Shown here in pieces: positions 25,766 to 40,700 of a DNA stretch of 64,000 bases. Position 1 is the stretch's first letter; each line of letters opens with the position of its first letter. The notes beneath the pieces were generated by a model. The model saw nothing but the letters and a program-made list of their open reading frames with translations, was not told the DNA's origin and searched no databases. Source of the DNA: Enoplolaimus lenunculus (Eukaryota); assembly GCA_030248215.1 (NCBI GenBank), contig JASANG010004128.1:434001-498000 (forward strand). The letters are read 5' to 3'. The translations under genes were made by a program, and so were the position numbers.

Positions 25766-28700
25766 TCAGTCACTAAGATTTCTATCTCCATGTCTCCCGG
25801 TGGGCACGCCTATAAAAATAACGCAGACATATCCTAGAATAATAGCAGTTTGACTATCAAATTATTATCCTGTAGTAGAAGTATGACTTACGAGCAGGGC
25901 AATTAGCATCACATATTTCAGGTGACGTATACAGTCGAATATCGAACGGGCATTCGTTATCACTGCATTGTACGCATTGTGCTCCAGGACAATAGTATTT
26001 GAAGTTGTCATTGGTTAGTATACCCGAATTGATATCTACGGTTAAAATATAACATAAATATAAATATATATTTCCCAATGGCGGTGATAAGGGGGGCGAA
26101 GAGGCGCGCCCCATTGCTCCCAGCCGACGAAACTTTTTTGCTTAATTTGTAAGTTTCGGTCTGTGTTCTGAAAAAAAATTTGGAAAATTTGCGCTTCGCG
26201 CATATTAACTAAGTCATTTATAGTGCCGTTTTCAACATGTAATCAATTGGTTTTCAAACTTACCCTTGTGAACAAAGTAGGCTAATTTCAGTGTCTTTTC
26301 GGTTATCGCCGTAGTCGGCGTTTGTTTAAAAATGGTTGGGTTTTAAAAATTGTTACATATTAGAGCTTCTCATTTCTCATAAACTACGCTGGTCATTGCA
26401 CCTCCAGATTTTAATTTTGAAAAGTTGTTTTTGAGTCCAGTTGTGTTGAATTTTCCACAGTCAAACCTCTGGTTAACAAGTTATGATCAAATAACTGATT
26501 TGGCGCCATCACAAATTGTTGGCAGTGCGCCAAATCAGTTATTTGACCATAACTCGTTATCCAGACGTTCGTTTGATTGCCGAAAATTTAACACAATTGG
26601 ACCCAGCTGGGCAGGCTGCGTCGAATGTATATAATTTGTCTAACCTTTTAACAAAAAAATTTTGAGTTCCAGGTGGGAAGGGACATTGGGGCCGTTGGAA
26701 CCTTGAAAAATGAAATCGGTTTAAAATTAAAATTTGGTCGGAAAATGACCAGGGATGTTATGAGAGAGAAGCTCAAATATATCACAATATCCAAAATCCA
26801 GCCATTTTTGGGCAAACGCCAAGTGGAGAGATAACCGAAAAGACCCAAAAAATTATACATTCGCCCCTCTCCTTAGGTTCTTTATATCACCGCCCCTGAT
26901 ATTTCCATTTATAAAATAAACCTACACCATTAATCCAGTTTATTGCCTGCTTATATTAAAAAATTGCTGTTTAAGAGATTAATCGTCTAAATTTAAACTG
27001 CGCTTTAATAAATTAAGGGTTCGTGCAACCGTTACTGAATCCAGGCTCCGGTTGTGTACCTGGAACACGAATGAGCTCGGTGTTGCACCGAAATAAATAC
27101 TGCAATGATTCAAAATAAAGAAAAAGCTGGAGACGGGTTCAAAACAGTATTACAGTTTAGGGTTTCAAGAGTAGCACTCAAAAGATATATTCAAATTCAT
27201 CATAACTTTAAAATTGCGCGAACTAGGATCGATCGAAATTGTAACTGCTTATTTTGAGCATAGAAAAACTTAAATGGTTTATGAAACTGTTTATCCTGAC
27301 TTGGTGGTAAGAAATAAAACAAAAACAGATATTCAATTTTTTTGAGTTAAGTAAAATCTACCTTAATCTGACAAAGATGAACAAAGGCAATAATTAAGTT
27401 TGCCAGAAATTGGTAAATATTGCACTATATAGCATCGTCCTGGTTTAATTTAGACTGTAAAGAAATAATATAAGTATATAATGCCATAAGGGTAATACCA
27501 TCACCCATACTTCATTATGAACCGAATATAAGGACCATTTAAGAAACAGGTAATTCGACAGATTTACCTTTATTACGAATTGCATGAAATTTGACGACAG
27601 TGTAATATACGCTTCTTGGAAGGTGTGAACGTGTCTAAATTACTGAATGGACCCCCTCATTTTTGGCAACCGATTGGCGCCCATGGTTGTAATGAGATAA
27701 CGATTAAATTACTACCATTTGACTCAACTCACAAGTACCGCGAAAAACGCCGCTAAATACTAAGAAACAGTACTGAAATTTCCACAAACTTTTTGTACAA
27801 CCTGTTAAAATGTTTTACCTTGAATACAATCGTTAGAACATTCGAACGCTGACTGATATAACGCGACCCGGGCAGGACATTTCGGTGAAATACACTGCAT
27901 GCATCCGGCTCCGGTGCAATAATATTGCTCTCGATGCTGAATAATAACTTCGGAAGGTTTTATCTCGGTCTGATTCTGAAATTCCTGCACAGATTCGCTG
28001 TCTGCAATTACAAAACTGAGTCTTATGTAAGACAACAGTATTAAATATGCAAAGGATTTGAAATTGCTGTTAAAACTGGTTGATGACCATAATATGCATA
28101 GACAAATGTTAATCATAGACACCTGTCCACTGGAAGACGGGGATTCTGGAAACTTATAATCAGGGAAGCTTAGTCTTTGCCTTGCGATTAGGTTTAGACT
28201 TATTTTTAGGCTTACGTATAGTATTTAATCAGGCCTGTATAGTTAACATATGCCAATACATTAGTCAAGATTAAATATGTTACACAGCCCAATAATATTC
28301 CCAAAAACAACTACCTTCGTATAAAATTTTCGTTTTGAAATTCTGATTATCTTTTGTTTCAAAGACGAATTAAGAAGTTTCTACTGCTTCAGTCAAAACC
28401 GTTTTCGGTATGCAACAGAATACTTTACAAGTCAAGAATATACAATTAATATTAATAATACAGATATTGTAAACCCAACACCGGTCTGACAATAACAAAA
28501 AAATTTGAGATATATATTGTTTTAGCGGCTTAAATAAATTCTACGTTAAATACCTTTACAAAAGCATATAAGACAATGCGAAACTTTATCTCTAGCACAG
28601 CGTGTTTCATTCAGTTAAAGATGTCCGCTAATAAAAAGTTAAGTTTAGTTTAAGCGCATTTTTGTGAAATTACCTGAGATCAAGAAAAATACGATAAACT

Positions 28701-31700
28701 AGCCGTGGCTGCAAATATGAAGTCTAGACAAGGTTCAATCTGTACCCATATAATATGCAAAAGTGGACTCCTATATAATGAAAACCCTAACCCGTTGTAA
28801 ATATATATTTAGAAATACACCATTAATATTTAGATAGCATATTATTATCTGCTACGTTTATTACCAATAAATCCCTTCCAAAAACGCCCGAAGTAACCTT
28901 GATCCCATAGGTTAAGTATTTTATATTTTATCTCCCATTTTACCAAATAGATATGCCATTCGACAGTTGCGCAGACAAGGGACTGTAGAATTCTCAGATG
29001 GTTTTTAGAAACCAACCTTTTCCAGATCGGTGCAGCTGATGGTAAAGAACTGTACTTAAAGCTATACTGCAAAAAGGTTAGTCAAATTGACTCTCTCCGA
29101 AACAGGCTCTACGGGACCACACAGTCTGAGTCAAAGTCGACTCCACCAGAGTCAAATTCGACTCAATGAGACACATTTCTGGTTGTGGCGGAGTCGAATT
29201 TGACTCAGTTTGTGTAGTCCCGTAGAGCCTATTTCGGAGACAGCCAATTTGACTCACCATTTTTATTTTTTACAGTGCATATTCCGCTGAAAACATATGC
29301 TGGCTACGCTCCTGTTCCTACTGAGGAAATCTGTGCACAAAACAACACATACCTGGACAGTATTCGTTGCATTCGTGATATTGTTGGTACAACTGAATGT
29401 CTTTTGGACAGTTCGGATATATGCAATCCAGGCATTGACGATCGAGGCAAAAATACCTGGTGTTCGCCTGATTGACGCCTCCTAAAAAGAAGACCCGGCA
29501 GAAAGTACAATCAGCAAGGCTCGCAGCAGCTCAACGTACTTGGGGGGGCAGATTGATTATAGAAGGGCTACGTGTTTGAAACAACAGTTTACAAGCGGAA
29601 CTAAAATTTTTTCTGAAGACGTCATACGTTTGTATGGGGAAGGGTCCGAATTCTCCCTGGCTCCCTCTGTCTGTGGGTCCTCAATCACGTGTACGGCATA
29701 ATAAGACGGCGATCACTCATGAATGGAAAATTATCACTTATTAATGCAGCCAAACCCGCCCGTAGGTTTATTTGGCCAACAATTGAAAGTAAACAAAATA
29801 ACAAACTGAGTCCACAAACGTGATTCAATAACCTTCAAACAGATCTACAGTAATTCTTAAAAAGTTGCCGCACTCGAAAATAATATTTTTTTTCTAGTTT
29901 GCTCACTATCAGGTGAAAATGATTGAGAATATCAATCACTCGCATTATCTCAACGTAACTGCGGTAGTCTATGACGACGAGCGTTTGATTAATCTTTGGA
30001 CCAAAAGTACGCAACTGAATTCACATGGCACCAAAAGTCCGAGTTGAATTTTTCTTTGCCCCACCTATTTGTGGAAGAAGTAGAAACTACTGTAAACTGA
30101 GAAATATTTACCAAAGACGAATCTTAAACGAAGCAACTGTACAACAAATACGATTATCGCTATGCAGAATAGGCCAACTTGACCTCCATCTAAACCGACG
30201 GTTGGCGAAGATGAAACTCGTGCTGGCTACATTACTTTGTAAGCATATCAACCTTAGGTGCCTAGGTAAAACGCAACGATAAATAACCTGAGAACTTGGT
30301 ATCCTTAGATTGATATGTTCGACTCACCACCACACTGGTTCGGAGGAATACAGTAACCGTTGTTCCAAACGAAACCTGGTTTGCATTGGCATTTCGGCAA
30401 ACAGGGCAAATTACACGGCGCTGGTCCAGGATTTTGGCAGTTGTAGTCGCACGCACGGGCACATTTTAGATACTCAGCGTTCGGTGGACACCGAACAACT
30501 GAAACAATAGATGAAGTAGTTCAAAAACATATATCTGACTAAATATTTTTCATATCTGCTTCACTGTTGACATGGTTACAATGGTATGTGTACACAAATA
30601 GCAGAACAACGAAATGAAATTGTAACGTACTAAAGTAAATAATTTTTCTGGCTGAACATGTTTTACAACGGACAGCTTTTGTACATTCAACCATGTGTAA
30701 CTTGAAGGTTAGGCTTAAGCGTAGGCTCAGACTTCAGGCAATATGGGAACGTTTCGGCAAGTTTTTAGGCTTACATTTTATACAAATGTAAGGCTGTTCC
30801 TAACTAAACGTAAGCGTAAGCCTGAGAATAGACAATACACTAGAGCACGAGCCTAACAGCTTAAGTGAACCAAGTAGCCGGTTAACGTCCAAATAAACAG
30901 TAACACATTTATGAGATACCCATTATTATGCTTGTTGTGTGAGAGTTCCATGAACAACGTCTAAGTTTATGTTATCTCTTTTTCATTACTCAATGATAAC
31001 ACAATATATAAATTCAAAACATCTTTTCTTTGAACGCAAAATCTCGTAAATGATATAATTTTCGTGGCAAATCATATACTTAATAAATGAAGCTTAAATT
31101 TCGACATCAGAACTTACATTGGACGAAATCAGAACCCTTTAAGACACGATGCGTTCACGAACAGGGGGCACTAAGAGGGGCCAAGATTTATAACTTACCA
31201 TTTTGACAATCCGGTAACAGTTCGTCGCTGTTGTCTGTGCATTGAGAACTTCCATCGCATGTCCACAGTTCTGGAATACAAGTTCCGTCACCACATCGAA
31301 ATTCATTGTTTTCACAGTACGCGTCTGAAATATCAAAAGAAAAAATATTCCACAACATCTAATCAAATGAACTAAGTTTCTCGCAGATTGTTTTGTTTTT
31401 AATTTATACTTCAAATTGATTTTGAAACTCATACCTACTTCGAAGGTTCAAGCCGGTTTCCAGTTTTTGTACACTTTCCTTCACATTTACGCCTACGCTA
31501 GGATATTTTTAGATTTAGGAAAAGTATGCCTAAACGGGTGCTTTCCATATTCCCCCGGCCCGCGTTTGCCCAAATATGGTTCGATTTTGAAAATTTTTGC
31601 ATATTTGAACTTCTCATAACCTTTCCTAATTATTTCACGTCCAAATTTGATTTTTGAAAATTTATTTTTTGTTTTTTAAAAGATCCAACCTCAAATTTAG

Positions 31701-34700
31701 GCACGGAATGATCAGCAGATGTCATACGAAGCTCAAATATGTATAAAATTTTTAAATCCGTCGATTTTTGGGTAATCGCGGGATGAGTAATAACGGAAAA
31801 AAACCCGCCTAAACATGAACCATAAATGTGCTGAAGTATACAAAATCCATTTATCTTTGGTAATCTGATCAAATCCTAACTATTTTTAGTACCTTGTCGG
31901 CAATTTTGTTGGCACGTTTGAATCGATGTGAACGGTGGTTTTGCACCAAGCGGTGGATTGCATTCAATCCCGTTTGTTGGCCGACATGTTCCTGTGTTCG
32001 TATTACAAAATGCACAAGATTCTAAAATATTGGAATTGATAGCTTAAATACGCAACGCAGGTTTTTATAAAGATTTCAAACAACATAACAGCTTACCATA
32101 AAATATTCAAAAATGCCACATAGCATTGTGCAAGGTTTCGGACAGACTCGTAATCGCAGAGCGGCTAGGAGCTCGTCGCTCCTAGAAAAAATTTGCCCCG
32201 CTCCCCGCCATAGAAAAGTTATTGGCCCGTTTGTAAATCTTGCAAAATCAGGCGCATGCCCCTACTTAAATTGTTTTGACTACTTTAGGCTGTGGTGGTA
32301 CTGGATAGCTGGGAATAAATTAAAATCCGTAGGCTGTTTGCGACATTGTTACGCACGCGGTTGAAACTTTTTCATCTCTTAGAAAAAATTGGAGCGGTTG
32401 TGCTTCTACCCAGTTTAAATATTGAAAGAGCACAACTTCCTGCTTCCCTCGGCATGTGATTATATCCTACTTTATCAGTGAAAATTTTTTCGACGTTTAC
32501 TTTGGCGCTATAAACTTATAATACAGTGGCGGATCAACGATATTCCATTGTGGCTGGATACATTTTATAGATGCTTAGAAATATTACAATTTTGAAGCGT
32601 ATTTTTAGCAATTTCTTCGATATTTTAAAATTGACAAATTGCACTGAAGACATAAAATATTTTGTTTTTTGTGTTGCAGCATTGACATATTTTTTCACCT
32701 CCTTGGCTAGGAAACACATTGCCAGATTCACATAAACCATTAGTATTGCAAAACATTCAGCATAGTAGAGTTGGTGGTTGGGATACATCCTCATTCTCCT
32801 GGATCCGCCACTAACTAGCTTAATTATATTGTATAATTCCCAATAGCGTTTAAAGAAACATAGAAACGTTACCCAGCCAGTCCGGACCGTGTACTGCCTG
32901 TGATTCTGGATAAACGGGTTGAATTGGAACTACAGCAGTTTGTGGTGGGCAGTTTTGCGGCAGAACACACGCACCACTTGCTGTATTTAAAACGTATCCA
33001 TTTTGACAAACGCAACCACGAACACAACGTTCAGTACAAACGGTTTGTGTTGGCTGAGCGCATGTTGAAGGGCATGCGGTGCCACATTCGGCAAAAATAT
33101 AATTCGGCGGGCAATGAGTTTGAAAATCGTTGTCTGTGCCTAAAATTAAAAGTATATGTTATTATTAAAAATTAGATTCAGAATACAAATTTGATAATAT
33201 GGCCGTTCTGGTTAATTGAAAATTCGTGAAAATTTAATTTTGTGGGCCTTGGGTTTGCAAATCGTTAGCTGTTCCTATATAGCATGTTACGCCAACCGGC
33301 ATGTTTGCAAGATTTTGAGTTTTGTTTAGTTTACTTTTATGGTTATCTTGGTTTCAATTCCAATCGGCAAAAGTTTGATTTGAGGCGTATTCACATGTGC
33401 AAGTTTTTGCAGCAAAAAAACTTGCACATTCAACTTGCATGTGCAAGTTTGATCACAAAGCAGCTTTGATTTCGTTGCAGCTGCAAATTATTCACTGAAA
33501 TTCATGTGATTTGATTTACTTAGCATTTTTGAACGCAGTTGCAAGTCGCTTGAATTTCATGCACCTGTTTTTTGATTAGTTAATCGGAATTTTCTTTTGA
33601 AAATCCTTGCAGCTGCAACTATTTTGCGCATGTAGCAGCTGTGAGTTCTCGCTGCAAAGACTTGCACGTGTGAATGTGGCTTTAATGAATATTGACTTTA
33701 AAAATTGTAATGTGTGCCTTTATTTATGCAAACGGCATTATATTTTCAAGGTATTATTGTGTCTGGTTTAGTTCTTTTTATAGTTATCTTGGTTTTGTAC
33801 ATACTCCACAAAAAGATGGTTTTGCAATGAAAAATTGAAATCATATTTGAAATACCATTTTGAACATATGTCAATTCCGGGTGAGCCCAACACGCGAAAC
33901 TTTTGATTTGGTCGATACTTAAAAGTTTGCAACTCATCGTTTGTGCTTATAATTAAATATTGTACCAAATTTATCTGATTTTTTCAACTTTACATTTTGC
34001 TTTGTTGTTTTTATATACCGCAGTCGTTTTCCTAAAACTTTATTATCCTACAAACTAAACAGAATAATTGCTTTTTCCATTTTTTGCTTCTAACATCTAC
34101 CATTTACAAAATTTCAGGAGAGAGGCCGCTCGTCCACTCCCTCTAGATCGCCCCTCATTATATACCTGTTTGAATAGTTTTCGGTGGAGGATTGGCGATG
34201 AAACGACCAGGACACTCTTGTGGCTTGACACATCTGCCAGTAACAGTATTGCGAAGATAAGACGACTCACAGAAGCAACCGCTTACACACTGGAATGTGC
34301 ATGTGCCCGGTACAGGTTCGGTACACGTTGGTGGGCATGCAGTTCCGCAAGATTCAAAATGTTCATACGGCTGCGAACAACGTTGGTTGGGCAGATTCAC
34401 AAAAGTTCCTAAAATGCCCAAACAAATTTTGTTAATTGGTAGCTGCAAAGTCGCTAGCCTATGAACCGTGTTCTTTTATATTTATAGCCCATGGTTATTA
34501 CAGAACCTGCTTGCTCACTAAACCGAACCCTAAGCCTAAGCCGAAGCATAAAGCACTAGCGTAAACCTAAAGATAAGTGTAATCTCAAGCCTGAGCCTAA
34601 GTCTAAGCCAATGAATATCTTAAGCCTACCAGTCTCTAAGTCATTCAGCATGTCTGGCTTTAATAGTGAGCATGCCCCTATACAGCGACAAATTTAAGCA

Positions 34701-37700
34701 GATGAGCAATCTACACAGCACCAGCCCTGCCGTACTGAAAATTTTGCCACGCAATTAATTCACTTGACACTCATAATGTTTTCCAGCCAAATAGGTGAAA
34801 AATATGGCTAGGCTACGTACATTTTTGCGCACTAGGCATAATTGATCAATCTTAAACATAGAACAATTCCCAAAAATACACTTAAAAGTATCCTCACCCG
34901 CCGAAAAATGCCGGATCCATCACTGCACCAATAATTAACATGCCCCAATGTTATCAACACCAACTTTTGTTGGTTTAGTTTAGTTTCCGTGACCAATTAG
35001 CTTCAACTCGAGGGCTTGTTCTTGCAAAAAAACAATACTTGTACCATTAATTTAATTAAAAAACGCTCTGTTCACGTCATTTTCTCAAACGTGTGTACAA
35101 TTAGTATTACTAATGTTTAAAACATTTTGTTTTCCGCAACAAAAATTACTCTCATAATTACCCGGACTCAAGACTTGTCCTTGCAACGGGACAATACTGG
35201 CACCATCACCGCCGCAATTACGAACGCAGTCTTCTTGATTCAAATACGGAATTCCGTAGGTTGCGTCCGACTGTAAGTGGCAAGACATCGATTGCCTTTC
35301 AACGCATCGATTCGGTTGACGATCACAAAACCAGCAATTGGTGAGTCCTGCTGCTGGTGGAGACTTGCCCGCGGGAACTGTAAAACACCAAATTTTGCAT
35401 CAGCTTCAACATTTGGAAAATGTAGCTGATTGAAGTTTTTTGTGTGCGAAACGTTTTGTGACAAACTCAGTTTATCTTTACACGGTAAAATCATTCCGTT
35501 ATAGAATAGAAATGTATGTTTCTAAACTTCGAGTTCGGTATTAGTATTTTAGTTCATTTATGTTTTGAAATTTAAAACTAAAACTGGAACACAATAACAC
35601 TTTTTTGCAAACGGCATTAGTCGACGTTGATTAGTAAGCACGCAATTCTGAACAGAGAGGAAAATAACGTACACCAACCTTTAGGCGTTTCCCTGAACAA
35701 TTAGAGGTAACAAATCACTGTTAGGCTTTGAAGCTCAAATAATTACTACATTATTTAACCAGAAAACGAATCGGTTAAAAATCTTTGTTAATTTTCGTTT
35801 TTGTGAGAATAAAAGCAATTCCGTCATTTTGAAGTTCAGTTCGTTGCTAATCATCAAAATAGCCAATCAGTTTTCAATACTTGTACATGCTTCAATATTT
35901 CGATTTCAACGACAACCAACCAAAAATCGTTCAAAATTTTAAAAAGTTTCAGTGCATCCGCTATTTTTACTAAAATTTAAGAGTCCACAACGAATAATTG
36001 TGCAATGTAACTATTGGAACAAAAATAGCACGTTTTAAATTTTCAAAATTTAGATCTTTGCGCTATTTTTCCAATAATTTAGATGAACCACGAGAAAAGC
36101 TGCATATTTGGATAGTCTTGGCACAAAAAACACGCCTTTCAATATTTTAACTTATCAATCTTATATCAGTGTTTCATTTTTGTTTCCAGCATTTTGATCA
36201 CTATATCCATTTCCGATATTGCTGCTTTACCCGACTTATGCTCCTTTCTGAAGTATATCTGTAATTTCTAAACGTATATATTGCATGCAACCTGATAATA
36301 TATAAATACACGCATGTGGGGAAACGCTCGTTTTATTTCACTATATACATTTCATCACCTAATTCATTTGGTCGGCCGTCAGGACATTTTGCTTGACACA
36401 CAGGTCCAGTTGCATATGCATACACGGACGAGTTTCTGCAATCTTGTTCATTGAATACTGCGTAACAATGTCTTTGTTGTTGGTTGCATATGTAGCAATA
36501 AACGTATCCAGCACCAAACCCGCCAATGTTGTTATTGTTAGGTGAAGGTGCTAAATTTAAGCTTTTGCACGGTGTGAAACATGATGTCATATTAAAGAGT
36601 TTATTTTGATCTTAATTCATAACCGAAAATGTCTTCATGTAGTGGGCTTAACGCCAAAAAATGGTAATTCCTCGGTTTTTTTGAAAATATGGTTGTACAG
36701 CATCGGGCGGATCATAATTGAAGCCTGTGCAACGTGTAATTATGTAAATTCATCTACAAGTATGTGAGTAAACGTAACAGAAAAGCAGAAAAGGTGCATG
36801 CATCTGCATGATGTGGGTGAAAATATAAACCACCACCAGAAGCTACACAAGATGCAGTAAAATTATATTGCCCGTTACAGTTAGATGCCCCTCTTTAATT
36901 TATATTTTTTTGCTTAGCTTATAACTTAGGCCTTAGGCTTAGTTTTAAACGTATTCTTACGCTGATGATTAGGTTTATGCTTTGGTTTAGGAATATGCTT
37001 ACGTTCTATTACGAAACTAATAGTAACATTGGCCACACCACTTAGTTACATGCTTTTTATAATTAATATATTGCAACTGCAGACAAACCTGCACAGTTGA
37101 CAGTACACTGTCGATTAGTAGCAAAAAAATTCACAGTTGGAGGATTCTGACATAAAAATGTATCATATACTGGAGCACATTTGCTTCTCGCTCGAATACA
37201 CTCATAACAAGAAGGTCCAGCCACAGTAATCCCTACGCCACCCGGCTTCGACAGCGATCCGTTGTCTATTATACCTGAAATTATTAGAAAATCATTTCGT
37301 CTATCATTGTAAACAGCTAAAAGTTGCCTTTCAGTGAGTGACGCTAATTGTTTTAAATTGTCATTGCAAAAACGAACTTGCTGTGAACAGAAAATTGATG
37401 TTTAAATTTGATTTAGACTCTCAGCAACAATAAAACCCGTCTTCAATTCGGAAACTCAAAATGTGGTTTCTATATAATTGTAATTCTCCTAAACTCAAGG
37501 TGTTGTTTCTATATAATTGTAATTTTCCTAAACTCAAGGTGTTGTTTCTACATAATTGTAATTTTCCTAAACTCAAGGTGTTGTTTCTATATAATTATAA
37601 TTCTCCTAAACTCAAGGTGTGGTTTCTATATAATTTTGATTCTTCTAAATCACCACATAATTGACAAAAGTCGTATTTTTATATCGATAACATTTAGCAA

Positions 37701-40700
37701 CTTATTAACCTATTTCAGTTCCATGATCTGGAGCGCTGCCTACACCCAAACAGTTGTTCATGCAAGCCTGTTGCGTTTCGAATGCATTTGCCGTTAAATC
37801 ATCGCAAATGCGAAAATTGCGCTGGGGCGCACACGATCTTGTTGCTTTCGAACAAGTGTAACACAATGGGGACGTTTCGAGTGGCCCTAAACATGTTGTT
37901 TCTACTTTTCTGTACTTGCGGCTAACTGCAGTAAGTTGTGGTTATTATATACTAAGCGTGGGTAAATTCCGCATTTTTCAACATGCTATTCAAATTTTAA
38001 AGTTAAGTTGTGCATGTTGGTAGGCTAGGTATACCTATGCACTGATGAATCCGAAACGGGGCACTCAGGCAAAAGCCCCGCAACAGGGATCAAAATTAAA
38101 ACTTCGCATTATGATTTAGTAATAAAATTCCGTTTGGTTTTTCGCTCGTAAGCTTTTTCACTAGTATATATCGCGCGGCCTATGTAGCTGTGAACTACGG
38201 GATGTGCCACTGGATATTTATGCTGGCAGGATTCTCAAAAAATTTCTCCACTTTCATATATTTGTCTCTATTACAGTAGTAATTGGTATAAGCACGAATA
38301 AATTCAACATATTTCAAAGGAAGCATGATTTTCAAAGTTAATTTATGTATATTATTTGATATATACCGGTAGGTCTCTTAGGTTTCGCTATAGTGTCTAG
38401 TTATGTTCAACGAATTGCAGCTAGGTGTTAGGCACGTATTCACATTGAAAGCTTCATTCAGTTGTGTTTTAGAAGTTTCAAAAATGGTATAATAGCGCGC
38501 CAGTTAGAGCGCTTGCGAAAGAATGAACCTTAAATGCAACTGCAAACAGTAACATTCAAACTTTCAAGGGATCTGATCTCAGACGAGGTATATCATTCCG
38601 AGTGCAGTATAATTTCAATTTAAAACGGTACGTCAGGAAAAGTCCCGTAACTTATAGTTGCTAATTGTCCACTGCTATAATGTTCGCTAACATCCGGGTA
38701 CAAGCGGAGGTCTGCCTTCGGCTCCGGTAAAATTTTTGCCGGAGGTTCGGGCAATTTTGGTAGTAAAAGTTTGCATAATTTTCCTAAATTTATCGGTTTA
38801 GCGCGTTTTGATTGACTTTTGCACAATTTTCACGAAACAATTGCCGAAATTTGGCAGAAAATTAGCGTGAAACCAAACAACGTAACAACATTTTGCAAAT
38901 ATTGGCTAAAATTGACAAATTAACCATCATTTTTACTACTTAATTTCGCCTGACCTCCGTCTCCGGCTCTGATTCCGGCTCCGACAAGTTTCGTTGACCT
39001 CCGGCTCCGGTATTTTCACCTCCGGTTGCACCCAGGTGTACATCAACGTTCGGTATGGATACTACTGCGTTATAGAGATGTCTAACAAGGCATCTGATGT
39101 TGAAAATACATATTTTTAACTCATGTACAGATCAGAACCGTACCGTTTCTCCACGCGACAGTAATATAGTAATCTTAAGCTTCAAACTAATTTTTTGCTT
39201 AGGTTTTGGTTCAGGCATAGACTTGGATTTAGGCTTAGGATAAACTGTTACAGTTCTGTTCTTTAATACTTTGGCCGCCGCTTTTATATTTTTTTATTGT
39301 TATGAACCTGTATGAATGCCATAATCAGGCCCCGATTGAACACAATTCGCAATGCACGTTTGATGAGTTTGGAACAAATTTTCGGTTAAAGTTGGATTGT
39401 TACATACATGCATATCGATCTGACCGCTACAAGTGTACGTAGTTTTCGAACAAAAATAACAAACTGGTTGTGTAACCTGGACTGTGCCTAAAACGTATAA
39501 CTTTCATCATGGGCAGATCACGGCCTATTGTGTCCTGAGGCTGGTTTAACTTGTCGATATGGGCACATGTAATATAGTTCGATAAAACATTGGTCAAAAA
39601 TATATTTCTTCATTGCAAAATTTCATTTTTGAAGCGCTAATCACAAGTGTCTTGACGCTCAGGCCCTAAGGTCGCGGGCTCACAAGACTCCGCTATGCAC
39701 CGCAAATGGCGTTCAGTAGTAATAATTGTAAGTTGTTGATTGAATTTGATTGCGCCACATCTAATGAAGGTTTGCTGTATCGGTAGCTTTTAAGTCAGCT
39801 TCTTAGTAATATGGTACGCATTCAGCAATGGTTGTATGAATTAGTAATGCAGTACTTCTTCTGTATGGTGGACCGGAAGTTTGGACTGGAAGTTTTCAAG
39901 CTTTTTAAATTGGTGTTGCAATAACAATACAATTTTATAGATTTTTAACTTTTACACTTTATTATCCGTTCATGTTTTGTTATTTTCAGTACTAACCGTT
40001 TCGGTTTCCGCCTGGTATTTACTTACTGTACAAATTCGACTTAAACCCAATTTACTTTCTACCGACGAATATTTTGGCGACAAAATTAAATTTTATAGTG
40101 ATACACTTGCCAGTTTATGCATATGGGATCGTGTCAAGCGTATAACGACGCTATTCGAAATGTTTTTCGCGTTTCAAACAATCTTTCAAAACGGTTTTTG
40201 AAAGCGGATGCCCTTCAAATGAGAAACGCTAGTAAATCAAAAGCTCTATTATGTATCAAAACGGTATTTTGGCATCAATATAAACGCTTACCGCAAAACG
40301 CGAATAGTTTATGCTTTTTTGACACGATTCTTATTTTGACTGCATCCTATCTTAATATGCATAAATTACAAAGTTAACAAACCAGGTTGAGACGAAACAA
40401 ATCCGTTGCTTAATCTACCAGAACAACTGTATACACAGTTGGCTTTTGTATCAAAGTAGTAGCGCGTTGGTGGAGCATTGCATATGTTATTGTCGTTCAC
40501 TGCAAGACACTGCGCAGTATCTGGCACACATTGGTAACAATAAGCGATAATTGTTCGATTTGGTTCCGGTTTTACTGTAAGTATTATTAAGATAACAATT
40601 CTTTATAATTTAGTTTACTGTTTACGTCGTATCCAGAGTACGGGATGGAAGGACTGTCGGTTGCCCGTCAAACCGTCCGGTTTTACTGCAAGTATTAATA

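Noticed and set aside
37461..37664. ORF with 13-aa repeats, and a possible CRISPR-like array
   Set aside because: Head-to-tail 39-bp minisatellite with no unique spacers, in an intron of a eukaryotic gene.
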